Shown: positions 29,854 to 39,241 of the stretch, one piece after another
Layout: each line of letters starts with the position of its first letter
Numbering within the stretch: the first letter of the stretch is position 1
Assembly: GCA_965198355.1 (NCBI GenBank)
Contig: CBDAPI010000015.1
Location: forward strand, 33,965-97,964
Origin: Acidobacteriota bacterium
GTDB lineage: Bacteria > Acidobacteriota > UBA6911 > RPQK01 > CBDAPI01
Length of the DNA stretch: 64,000 bases
Reading direction: 5' to 3'
Notes under the pieces: generated by a model
The model's input: only the letters and a program-made list of their open reading frames with translations
What the model was told of the DNA's origin: nothing
The model's database searches: none
Translations under genes and position numbers: made by a program

Positions 29854-30074
29854 CAGGAGGAGTCCAGATACGGGCTGCTAGGGGAGACTGTCACCCCGAC
29901 CGATCCGCTCTTCACCATCATCCAGGAGAATCCGCTCAAGGTGATCACCGAGATCGCTGAATCACTGTTACCTCAGGTGCAAAAGGGCGTTCGCATCCCG
30001 CTCCAGTTCGACGCCTTCCGGAGTCGGCAGTTCTCAGCCCCTGTTCACTTTGTCCATCCTGTCGCCAACCCTAG

Positions 30075-31724
30075 CCCGGATTATGCAAGAACCGTAATCC
30101 GCTGTTGAAAAAGGGCTCGAGAAGTGGCCCAACTCGGAAGCGGGCAGTTGTGACAGGCGGATTTGCGAAGAATATCGGTTGGCGAGGCGTTTGAGTGGTT
30201 GGGGGAGTGAATTTCAGACAGATCTGGGCCTGGATGAGTGTCGGAAGCGGTTTTTCGGGGAACTGGGAGAAGCTAGCTGGAGTTCAGGCGACTCAAGACG
30301 AGGTGAAAGAGGGGTTGTTCGGGAAAGGCTGAGGAAAGATGGACCCAGATGCGTCGAGTGGTTTGTCGGATCCGGGCCCCGATCTTGAGGACACGACGAC
30401 GTAAGGTTTCGATTTCGAGCTTGTGCCAGGGGGTTCCGTGCAGATAGTCGCGCAGGCGCACGAACATCTGGTAAGCCAGTGCATGCAGGAGGAGTCGAAA
30501 CTGGTTGGCCAGGAATCGATGACAGCTGAGTCGGTCCATGCTCAGATGATTCTTAAAGGCCTTGATGAAGTTCTCGGTCTGCCCTCGGTCGGTGTAGTGG
30601 TCATAAAGTGATTGGGAGCAGAGATCGTCCCGGTTGGTGACCACAAAGCGACGATTGATCCCGCGCTGATCGACCTCCACTTTGACAATGACGCGACGGG
30701 ATCGATCCCAGCTGTTGGCTCGATAAAGAAACTCGTCAAACTGACGCTGTTTTTCCTCCCGCTCAACGAACCTTTCCCGAGTCGAATCCAGCAGGGGCTC
30801 GACCACTCGCTGCAGGCGAGGGTTGCGACTTAACCCAATGACATATTGGAGTTGATTCTCTTCACCTTCACAGAACTCGTAGAGCCGAGGCGTGGCAAAG
30901 CCGCTGTCGGCCCGAATCTCAATCTCGACATCCGTCCCCACTGCTTGTCGGATGGCCTCCACGACGCGCTTCAGAATGGGCACGATGTGAGAGGCAGCCC
31001 CCTTGTTGCCAGGTCTCAACACGGCACAGACCAGGTCTCCCGTGGCGGCATCGAAGATCAGCAAAGGATGCAGAATGTGGTTTCGGTAATACCCGTGGTA
31101 GAAGGCGAACTCCTGTTGGCCGTGAGTGTGGTCGTCGGTACTGTCCAGATCCAGGATGATCTTGCTGGGACGTCTCTTCTTCAGGGAGCGCACATAACGG
31201 CGTAGCAGCCACCGGCTCAGACGCATCAGATCCTTCTTGGTGACGGAGTTCTCCAAGCGGGAGAAAGTCGGCTGGGTGGCCAAATCGGGATCGCTCTCGG
31301 GCAACTGATCACAGACTGTCTTGAGCATCGGATCCGAGCGCAGCGTATCGGCGTCATTACAGTCTTCGTAGCCGGCCACGATCTGCAACACTCGTTGTCG
31401 GATCAACTTCAACAGGTCATGACGAATGTAGCGTCGGTCCCGGCTTTCCGCAATACACGAACTGAAGCCCTCGCACAATCGATGTTGCCGATCCAGCGAT
31501 CCAAACAACAACCATCCTGCGTCGGAAGTGAGGCTCCCCCCATCAAAACGAGCTGTGATGTCTCTGTGGCTGTGAAATGGCAGGGTATTCTGGCAGACTG
31601 CTTTCAACATAGCCGTAGCTCCTGTTTAGGGTTGTTTTTATGTAAACCCTTTTATATCAGAGAGCTACGGCCTTTTTTCTGGACCCAAATCTCACTCGGA
31701 TTCAGATCTCTTGCATAATCCGGG
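30075..31724 (-). mobile_element. IS1380-family insertion sequence, copy 3
   Basis: Same termini. CTAG at 30071-30074 and 31725-31728. 1650 bp. Confidence 0.9.
30273..31610 (-). CDS. IS1380-family DDE transposase
   Basis: 445-aa intact ORF, near-identical to copies 4-6. Confidence 0.9.
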   Translation of the reverse strand: MLKAVCQNTLPFHSHRDITARFDGGSLTSDAGWLLFGSLDRQHRLCEGFSSCIAESRDRRYIRHDLLKLIRQRVLQIVAGYEDCNDADTLRSDPMLKTVCDQLPESDPDLATQPTFSRLENSVTKKDLMRLSRWLLRRYVRSLKKRRPSKIILDLDSTDDHTHGQQEFAFYHGYYRNHILHPLLIFDAATGDLVCAVLRPGNKGAASHIVPILKRVVEAIRQAVGTDVEIEIRADSGFATPRLYEFCEGEENQLQYVIGLSRNPRLQRVVEPLLDSTRERFVEREEKQRQFDEFLYRANSWDRSRRVIVKVEVDQRGINRRFVVTNRDDLCSQSLYDHYTDRGQTENFIKAFKNHLSMDRLSCHRFLANQFRLLLHALAYQMFVRLRDYLHGTPWHKLEIETLRRRVLKIGARIRQTTRRIWVHLSSAFPEQPLFHLVLSRLNSS

Positions 31725-32046
31725 CTAGAAGTGGCGCCTTTCCAGTGGAACTGCGCCTGCCCAACCCGGGTCTGCGGGTGAAGCCGGGAATGGTGGCTCG
31801 AATCATGATGCCTGCTGCGGTTCATCGAGACGTGCTGCTGGTTCCTCTCGACTCACTGCTGGAGAATGCGGGAGACTATCACCTGTTTCTGATCAAGGAC
31901 GGGGAAGCCAATAAGACCGCTGTCGAACTTGAGCGGCGTATCGGGTCGGATGCCATCGTGACGGGAGAATTGTCGGCGGGGGATCAAGTAGTGACCAGCG
32001 GGAATATGAATCTGACCGATGGCACCTTGGTCGAGGTGCCCTTCTG

Positions 32047-35000
32047 ATGTCGATTCCGCGCTTTTCGGTTCGTAATTCGGTACTGGTGAATATGGTGATG
32101 ATCCTCATCATCGCCATGGGAACCTACGCCCTGATCACGCTCCCGATGGAGCTGTTTCCGCAGGTCAAGCTGAACCGGGTCATTATCCGGGTGGTTTTTC
32201 CCGGAGCTTCACCCGAGGAAGTGGAAAAACTGGTCGTACGCCCGATCGAGGATGAGATTAAGACCCTGGACCATCTTGATTTCTATTTGTCCACTTCAGT
32301 GGAGGGGCTGACCACGATCAACGTGGTTTTCGAGTCCGTCACGGACGATGAGTTTCGCGCCGTCTACGCGGACCTAAGACGGGAGGACGACCGTGTCGAA
32401 CTGCCGGAGGAGGCCAAAGATCCAGAATATGTGTCACTCGAGTCGTCCACCTGGATGCCAACCGTGACCATCGCCGTCAGCGGTGATCTGCCTGAGTCCC
32501 GACTCAAGCAGATCACGGAGCAACTGGAAGAAGAAGTCGAGAGCATGTCAGGTGTCGACGCCGTCAGTCTGGCCGGCGTCCGCGAGCGTGAGATCTGGGT
32601 CGAAGTCGATCCTCAGAAACTCTACCGCTATGGCCTGAGCCTGGAGCAGATCGCCCTGAAAGTCCGCCGCCAGAATATCAGCCTGGCCAGCGGCAACATC
32701 CGGATCGGGACGTCCGAGTACCTGGTCCGCTCTATGGAAGACTTCGAAACTCTGGATGACATTCGAGATGTTGTCATTCAGGAAGATTCGGTGGGAAACC
32801 ACATCCGAATTCGGGACGTGGCCGAGGTTCGAGACACCTTCGAAGAGCCGGTCTCGATTTCCCGCTTCAACGGAAAGCCCTCGCTTTCTCTGAATGTCTA
32901 CAAGTCGGCGGACGGCAACACGCTCGATCTCGTTGAGAGGTTGGAGAAACTGACCGAGGAAAAGGAACGAGGTCTGCCGGCCAACGTGGATATTGCCCTG
33001 ACCGCCGATTATTCGGTCCGTATTGTTAACTCGATCCAACGGTTGGTAAGCAGCGGATTGTTCGGTGGTGTTCTGGTTTTGATTCTGCTCCTCGTCTTCC
33101 TGGGCGGGCGCAATGCCCTAATGGTGTGCTGGGGGATCCCCATTACCTTCCTGCTCACCTTCACCTTCCTCGAGTATTCCGACTACTCCCTCAATGAGAG
33201 TTCACTGTTTGCCCTGGTGCTGGTACTGGGAATGATCGTGGACGACGCGATTGTGGTGGTTGAAAACATCGCCCGCTATCTGAACCGGGGCGTTGCACCC
33301 AGAGAAGCTGCCATCCGGGGAACAGAGGAGGTCATGTGGCCGGTCTTCACCTCCTCGCTGACCACAATTGCCGCTTTTCTGCCCTTGATGCTGCTACCCG
33401 GCATGATGGGTGAGTGGCTGAAGATCATCCCCATTTGCGTGAGTATGGCGCTGGCGGCCTCTCTCTTTGAGTCGCTGATCATACTCCCTTCGCATGTAGC
33501 CGAGTTGGGCAAGGCGGATCCGCGGGGCCTGCAGAAGCCGATCAACCGTCTGATAAGAAAAGTGAGTCGGTACTACCGGAGGATGTTGGGGCCGATTCTG
33601 CGTTGGCGCTGGGCCTTCCTCTTTGCAGCGGTCGTGCTGGTGTCGTCCAGTTTTCTGGTCATCCCCCTGGTGGGCGTCGACCTCTACGAAGAGGATGAAT
33701 ACAGCATTCTTTTCGTCCACGTGTGGATGCCCGAGGGAAGCAGCATCGAAGCCACCGATTCGGTGGTCAGGCAGTTCGAGGAGGTCGCCCTGGGCTTGCC
33801 GCAAAACGAGTTGAGGGACGTTGTCGTCCAGATCGGCCAGCTCGATACCGACACGGAACGTCTGCTCCGCAAAGATGTCGCACAGATCATCGTGAGCCTC
33901 AACGAGTTGGGTGAGAGACAGCGCTCTCTGGATGAGATTGTGGCAGAACTGGAGACGGGAAGCGCCGGAATCACGGGTTTTCAGCGGGTCCAGTTCAGAA
34001 AGATTGCGATGGGCCCGCCGGTCGGGAACCCGGTCGAAGTGAAAATCAAAGGAAGGGATCTGGAGACCCTGAAAGTCATATCGGGTGAGCTGATGGCCTA
34101 CCTCGATTCGCTGCCCGGCGTTTTTTCCATCGACGACGACCTGAGAGAAGGTAAGAACGAGGTTCGGATCGAAGTCGACAAGAACCGGGCTCACCTGGTC
34201 GGGCTCGACAGCAGCGATGTCGCCCGTCAGATCCAATACGCCTTCGAAGGCGTGGTCGCCACGGTAATTCACGACAGCACGGAAGAAACGGATCTGGTTG
34301 TGAAGTACCAGCAGGAGGCTCGCGCCAGCCTGACTGACATTTATGAGTTGAGGATCCCCACCGCCAGCGGGGATCTGGTTCCCTTTCAGAGTGTGGCCGA
34401 TTTTGTGGTGAAGAGAGGTTGGTCGGACATCCGGCGGTTCGACGGGGAGCGGGCGATCACTGTCAGCGCCGATGTCGATCCGGATGTCATGACGGCAGTT
34501 GCCGTCACTGCGGCCATCCAGCAAGAGTTCCGGGATATCAGCGCCAACTACCCAGGGTATTGACTTGACTTCCGGGGAGAGTGGAAAGAGTTTGAGGAAG
34601 CATTCAACAATATGACACGCCTGTTCCTGGTGGGTATCATTCTCATTTACCTGATTCTGGGCGCCCAGTTTCGATCCTATCTGCAGCCCGCCCTGGTGCT
34701 GGCTGCCATCCCCTTTGCTTTTGTCGGGGCCATGCTCTGCCTGCTCGTCAGCGACTTCAAGCTGAGCATCAACATCATGTACGGGCTGGTTGCTCTGTCT
34801 GGAATCGCGGTCAATGACTCCATCGTTCTCATCAACTTCATCAACCAGTCACGGCAGCGGGGAGCCTCGCTTTATCGGGCGGTTCTTTCCGGAGCGAAAC
34901 GCAGACTGCGTCCTATTTTTCTGACCACAGTCACGACCATGTTCGGCTTGCTGCCCCTGGCAATGGGCGTAGGCGGAGCCTCGGTCACCTGGATGCCTCT

Positions 35001-35181
35001 GGCCAGCACGATTGTGTGGGGGCTGGGTGTGGCTACCTTCCTGATCCTGATGGTGATTCCACCCCTCTACGTGGCCCTGGAAGACATTCGGGGGCTGTTC
35101 TTGCGCCAAAAACAGCCACCCAGGGGAGAGCACACCCTGATCGCCGTCGAGCCCCGGAAGCGGCTGCGCTCGGCAGGCTAG
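32047..35181 (+). pseudogene. RND efflux permease (AcrB/CzcA superfamily) with an in-frame TGA at 34561-34563
   Basis: ORFs 32047-34563 and 34612-35181 are in the same frame. Sequence reads ...ISANYPGY*LDFRGEWKEFEEAFNNMTRLF.... 12-TM RND architecture. TGATG overlap with the MFP stop. Confidence 0.8.
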
Positions 35182-35283
35182 CCCGGATTATGCAAGAGAT
35201 CTGAATCCGAGTGAGATTTGGGTCCAGAAAAAAAGCCGTAGCTCTCTGATATAAAAGGGTTTACATAAAAACAACCCTAAACA

Positions 35284-35639
35284 TGCGCTACATTCGAGCT
35301 ACGGCTATGTTGAAAACAGTCTGCCGAATCTCCCTGCCACATCCAACAGCCAAGATGAGATGACCCTGCCATTTTGATAGAAGAACGATCCCGGCAAGAT
35401 CATCCTCGCGTCTGGTCCAGTACCGACTTTCCACGATCTCTCGGCTCAACAGGAGTTCGCCTTGCGGTACCACGGGTATTACACGAAAGGGCCGATACAC
35501 TTTGCTGAACTCTTCCGATGCCGCCACGGGAGACCTGGTCTGTGCCGTGTTGAGACCTGGCAACAAGGGGGCTGCCCACTGAAGCGCGAGTTCACCCATC
35601 CGACAAGAGTGGGGACGGATAAACGAGATTGAGATTCGG
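35284..35639 (+). repeat. degenerate, internally deleted partial duplicate of the first 700 bp of the transposase gene
   Basis: Starts with CGCTACATTCG (coding, +175) joined to AGCTACGGCTATGTTGAAAACAGTCTGCC. Contains a 60-nt perfect block (GATGCCGCCACGGGAGACCTGG...GGGGCTGCC) among heavily mutated blocks. Ends GAGATTGAGATTCGG directly before the real ATG. Confidence 0.8.
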
Positions 35640-35641
35640 CT

Positions 35642-36979
35642 ATGTTGAAAACAGTCTGCCAGAATACCCTGCCATTTCACAGCCACAGAGACATCACAGC
35701 TCGTTTTGATGGGGGGAGCCTCACTTCCGACGCAGGATGGTTGTTGTTTGGATCGCTGGATCGGCAACATCGATTGTGCGAGGGCTTCAGTTCGTGTATT
35801 GCGGAAAGCCGGGACCGACGCTACATTCGTCATGACCTGTTGAAGTTGATCCGACAACGAGTGTTGCAGATCGTGGCCGGCTACGAAGACTGTAATGACG
35901 CCGATACGCTGCGCTCGGATCCGATGCTCAAGACAGTCTGTGATCAGTTGCCCGAGAGCGATCCCGATTTGGCCACCCAGCCGACTTTCTCCCGCTTGGA
36001 GAACTCCGTCACCAAGAAGGATCTGATGCGTCTGAGCCGGTGGCTGCTACGCCGTTATGTGCGCTCCCTGAAGAAGAGACGTCCCGCCAAGATCATCCTG
36101 GATCTGGACAGTACCGACGACCACACTCACGGCCAACAGGAGTTCGCCTTCTACCACGGGTATTACCGAAACCACATTCTGCATCCTTTGCTGATCTTCG
36201 ATGCCGCCACGGGAGACCTGGTCTGTGCCGTGTTGAGACCTGGCAACAAGGGGGCTGCCTCTCACATCGTGCCCATTCTGAAGCGCGTCGTGGAGGCCAT
36301 CCGACAAGCAGTGGGGACGGATGTCGAGATTGAGATTCGGGCCGACAGCGGCTTTGCCACGCCTCGGCTCTACGAGTTCTGTGAAGGTGAAGAGAATCAA
36401 CTCCAATATGTCATTGGGTTAAGTCGCAACCCTCGCCTGCAGCGAGTGGTCGAGCCCCTGCTGGATTCGACTCGGGAAAGGTTCGTTGAGCGGGAGGAAA
36501 AACAGCGTCAGTTTGACGAGTTTCTTTATCGAGCCAACAGCTGGGATCGATCCCGTCGCGTCATTGTCAAAGTGGAGGTCGATCAGCGCGGGATCAATCG
36601 TCGCTTTGTGGTCACCAACCGGGACGATCTCTGCTCCCAATCACTTTATGACCACTACACCGACCGAGGGCAGACCGAGAACTTCATCAAGGCCTTTAAG
36701 AATCATCTGAGCATGGACCGACTCAGCTGTCATCGATTCCTGGCCAACCAGTTTCGACTCCTCCTGCATGCACTGGCTTACCAGATGTTCGTGCGCCTGC
36801 GCGACTATCTGCACGGAACCCCCTGGCACAAGCTCGAAATCGAAACCTTACGTCGTCGTGTCCTCAAGATCGGGGCCCGGATCCGACAAACCACTCGACG
36901 CATCTGGGTCCATCTTTCCTCAGCCTTTCCCGAACAACCCCTCTTTCACCTCGTCTTGAGTCGCCTGAACTCCAGCTAG
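35642..36979 (+). CDS. IS1380-family DDE transposase
   Basis: 445-aa intact ORF. Confidence 0.9.
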   Translation: MLKTVCQNTLPFHSHRDITARFDGGSLTSDAGWLLFGSLDRQHRLCEGFSSCIAESRDRRYIRHDLLKLIRQRVLQIVAGYEDCNDADTLRSDPMLKTVCDQLPESDPDLATQPTFSRLENSVTKKDLMRLSRWLLRRYVRSLKKRRPAKIILDLDSTDDHTHGQQEFAFYHGYYRNHILHPLLIFDAATGDLVCAVLRPGNKGAASHIVPILKRVVEAIRQAVGTDVEIEIRADSGFATPRLYEFCEGEENQLQYVIGLSRNPRLQRVVEPLLDSTRERFVEREEKQRQFDEFLYRANSWDRSRRVIVKVEVDQRGINRRFVVTNRDDLCSQSLYDHYTDRGQTENFIKAFKNHLSMDRLSCHRFLANQFRLLLHALAYQMFVRLRDYLHGTPWHKLEIETLRRRVLKIGARIRQTTRRIWVHLSSAFPEQPLFHLVLSRLNSS

Positions 36980-37187
36980 CTTCTCCCAGTTCCCCGAAAA
37001 ACCGCTTCCGACACTCATCCAGGCCCAGATCTGTCTGAAATTCACTCCCCCAACCACTCAAACGCCTCGCCAACCGATATTCTTCGCAAATCCGCCTGTC
37101 ACAACTGCCCGCTTCCGAGTTGGGCCACTTCTCGAGCCCTTTTTCAACAGCGGATTACGGTTCTTGCATAATCCGGGCTAGTACAAT

Positions 37188-38345
37188 CTATCTTGCACTG
37201 AGAAATACCCGCTGCGCCTGCTCGATGAGCGCGGGCCGGTAGCTGTTTTGCAGAACAATCCGAGCCTGCTTCCTGGCCTCAAAGCTCTTCCCCACTCTGG
37301 CGTAGAGACCTGCCAGACGAACGCGGGCGCCCAGCGTATGCTCCCAGTCATCCGGTTGACTCAGGATCAGGCCTCGCTGCAGGGCACCGAGGGCCTGTAT
37401 GGTCTGGCCCTGGGCCTGCATTGCGGTAGCCAGACCGGACCAGAAGACGATCCCGTGCGGTGAAATCTGGGTCGCCTCGGTGAAGCGCATGGCAGCTTCC
37501 GACGCGCGGCTCGAGGCCAAGAGACTCAAACCCTCCCGAGCCTTGGCCCAGGCTTGCCTCAGCTCAATGTTCCAGGGCTTCACTTGGGGAGAATGAGGAA
37601 AAACCAGAATCTGCGTCGAAACCGCCAGGGTCTCCTCAAACTGATAGCGGTTCTCGCTGAGCCGGGTCGTGTTGCTTCTACCTTCCAGCCAGGGATCGAT
37701 CGGCCCCAGATCCTCCATTAGCGAGAGTTCCGGGATCTGATAGTGCATGGGCACCAGAATACGCGGCTTGACAGCCGTCAGGATCGATTCAATTTCTGCC
37801 TGCTTGAGAATGTGGTAGGTGGCATCGATGGGGGCCATCCAAAGATCCACTGTTCCCAGATCTTTCACGAGCTGCTCGGTGAGGGGTCCGTTGTCACCCA
37901 GGTGAACGAGCCTCTTGCCCCCCGTTTCCACCACCCAGATGGTGTTCAGCTGCCGGAAGTCCTTCCCGTACGGGTCGGCATGCTTCCCCACGAGACCGCG
38001 CAGCCTGACATCTCCGATCGAAAAAGTACCAGGTTCCCGGAACACGGGAACCTGAAAACTGACGTGGTAGTTCGCGTCATGGTCGTAGTGGGGATGACTC
38101 ACCAGAACCGCATCCGCCTTCATCTCATCCGGGAATTGGTAACCGAGCCACCGATTCGTGTTGTACGGATCGATGAGGATCCGAACACCCTGGGGAGACT
38201 CGATGACGAAACAGGCGTGAGCCACGTACTCGAGCTTGACCTGTGCCGAGACTGAAACCAGAGTGATGGATAGAACAAGAAGTGGGATGATACGGAAAAT
38301 CAAGACTGGCATTTGTTTCTCCCGGTCAGGCGCCATTCCCTTCAA
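37188..38345 (-). CDS. MBL-fold metallo-hydrolase with C-terminal TPR-like region
   Basis: HACFVIESPQGVRILIDPY, VLVSHPHYDHD. Signal/TM at the N-terminus (probable start MPVLIF at 38312). C-terminal helical repeats. Confidence 0.7.
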   Translation of the reverse strand: MKGMAPDREKQMPVLIFRIIPLLVLSITLVSVSAQVKLEYVAHACFVIESPQGVRILIDPYNTNRWLGYQFPDEMKADAVLVSHPHYDHDANYHVSFQVPVFREPGTFSIGDVRLRGLVGKHADPYGKDFRQLNTIWVVETGGKRLVHLGDNGPLTEQLVKDLGTVDLWMAPIDATYHILKQAEIESILTAVKPRILVPMHYQIPELSLMEDLGPIDPWLEGRSNTTRLSENRYQFEETLAVSTQILVFPHSPQVKPWNIELRQAWAKAREGLSLLASSRASEAAMRFTEATQISPHGIVFWSGLATAMQAQGQTIQALGALQRGLILSQPDDWEHTLGARVRLAGLYARVGKSFEARKQARIVLQNSYRPALIEQAQRVFLSAR

Positions 38346-38397
38346 AAACCCGCGACCGTCAACAGTATGGCATAGCTCCCCTGCCGCGCTGGGGAGG

Positions 38398-38427
38398 TTC
38401 CAGGTTCCAAGTTCCAGGTTCCAGGTT
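38398..38427 (+). repeat. heptanucleotide tandem repeat TTCCAGG x4 (one TTCCAAG)
   Basis: Read directly: TTCCAGG TTCCAAG TTCCAGG TTCCAGG TTG. Intergenic. Confidence 0.9.
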
Positions 38428-38517
38428 GCGCGCTCGTCAAGACTCGCGCCTCTGTACGCTCGGCGAACCGGAACCTTACCTCAGGGGACCGGCCCATAGG
38501 CCTTAAGCAACAGTTAG

Positions 38518-38728
38518 GCAGGAACGACAGTGACTGCGTGGCGGCCGTCAGGCCGACATCTTGCAGGAACGACAGTGACTGCGTGGCGGCCGTCAGGCCG
38601 ACATCTTGCAGGAACGACAGTGACTGCGTGGCGGCCGTCAGGCCGACATCTTGCAGGAACGACAGTGACTGCGTGGCGGCCGTCAGGCCGACATCTTGCA
38701 GGAACGACAGTGACTGCGTGGCGGCCGT
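38518..38728 (+). repeat. perfect 45-bp tandem repeat, 4.7 copies
   Basis: Unit GCAGGAACGACAGTGACTGCGTGGCGGCCGTCAGGCCGACATCTT at 38518, 38563, 38608 and 38653, plus 31 nt of a fifth. No spacers. Followed by TTCCAGG (38728-38734). Confidence 0.95.
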
Positions 38729-39241
38729 TCCAGGTAGCAGGTTGTGTCGGGTACCATGGACAAGAGCTACGGCCGGGCTGAGCTCGCCGTAGGATCATAC
38801 AACTTGACGTCGAAAACGAGGAACCGCTTATGAAATCCAGGATGTTGCTCTTCGCCTTGATTCTGTTGGGAGCAGGAGAATCAGTGAAACCGGGAGAAAT
38901 TCGCGGTGTCTGGCGATCTCTTCCCTCCCTGCCTACCTCCAGACAGGAGGTTGGAATCGCTGGGCTCAGCGGCCGAGTCCATGTAATCGGAGGACTCGTA
39001 ACCGACGCGGCGACTACGGCCCACGAGGCCTTCGACACACAAACAGGAGCGTGGCAAACCCTGGGTGCGCTTCCGACTCCCCTCCATCATGTGGGAGCCG
39101 CAGCAGCAGGCGGCAAGATCTACTCCATTGGCGGTTTTGTGGGATTCACCTTCAATGCCGTTCCCTCGCTCTTGGAGTACGATCCGGAAACAGACCTGTG
39201 GACGGCCAGGGCCCCACTTCCCCGGGCCCGGGGGGCCCTAG

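Larger units (their letters stand above)
28442..29864 (+). mobile_element. IS110-family (IS1111-like layout) insertion sequence nested in the IS5-like end
   Basis: Bounded by the 11-bp direct repeat CAGGAGGAGTC (28431-28441 / 29854-29864). No terminal IRs. ATG 5 nt from the left junction. About 390-nt 3' non-coding tail. Confidence 0.7.
26910..29877 (-). mobile_element. IS5-superfamily element (IS5/IS1182-like) carrying a nested IS110-family element
   Basis: Short terminal inverted repeat CAGCCCGT (26910-26917) / ACGGGCTG (29870-29877). CTAG duplicated on both flanks (26906-26909, 29878-29881). 2968 bp including a 1423-bp nested element. Confidence 0.7.
26297..32047 (+). pseudogene. RND efflux membrane-fusion protein (HlyD family) split into three pieces (26297-26909, 29878-30074, 31725-32047)
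   Basis: Lipoprotein signal. Biotinyl-lipoyl-like AEISGRISRILVEEGDWVKTGQVVLELD and a coiled coil. Pieces join in frame (HVSL|GETVTPTDPLF...VANP|RSGAFPVELRLPNPG) after removing each insert plus one CTAG. Confidence 0.85.
35182..37177 (+). mobile_element. IS1380-family insertion sequence, copy 4 (1996 bp, carries a 346-bp extra segment)
   Basis: Same termini. CTAG at 35178-35181 (includes the RND stop TAG) and 37178-37181. Confidence 0.9.

Noticed and set aside
30846-31205. Recurring 119-, 97-, 74-, 73-, 69-, 63- and 62-aa ORFs present in every IS1380 copy
   Set aside because: They overlap the transposase gene on either strand. They recur only because the IS is repeated, and none has a start context or recognisable domain.
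34561-34563. In-frame TGA in the RND permease as selenocysteine or stop-codon recoding
   Set aside because: TGA is used as an ordinary stop by many genes in this window. No SECIS-like hairpin follows, and RND permeases are not selenoproteins. A nonsense mutation or sequencing error is the simpler explanation.
38518-38728. The 45-bp repeat array as a CRISPR array
   Set aside because: Units are directly adjacent with no unique spacers, no cas genes are nearby, and the unit length equals the period. It is a plain tandem repeat.
38514-39038. ORFs translating the 45-bp array into repeated peptides (174 aa minus strand; 83 and 84 aa plus strand)
   Set aside because: All three frames are open only because the 45-nt unit lacks stops. 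There is no RBS or plausible start, and the 174-aa ORF runs antisense into the Kelch gene start.
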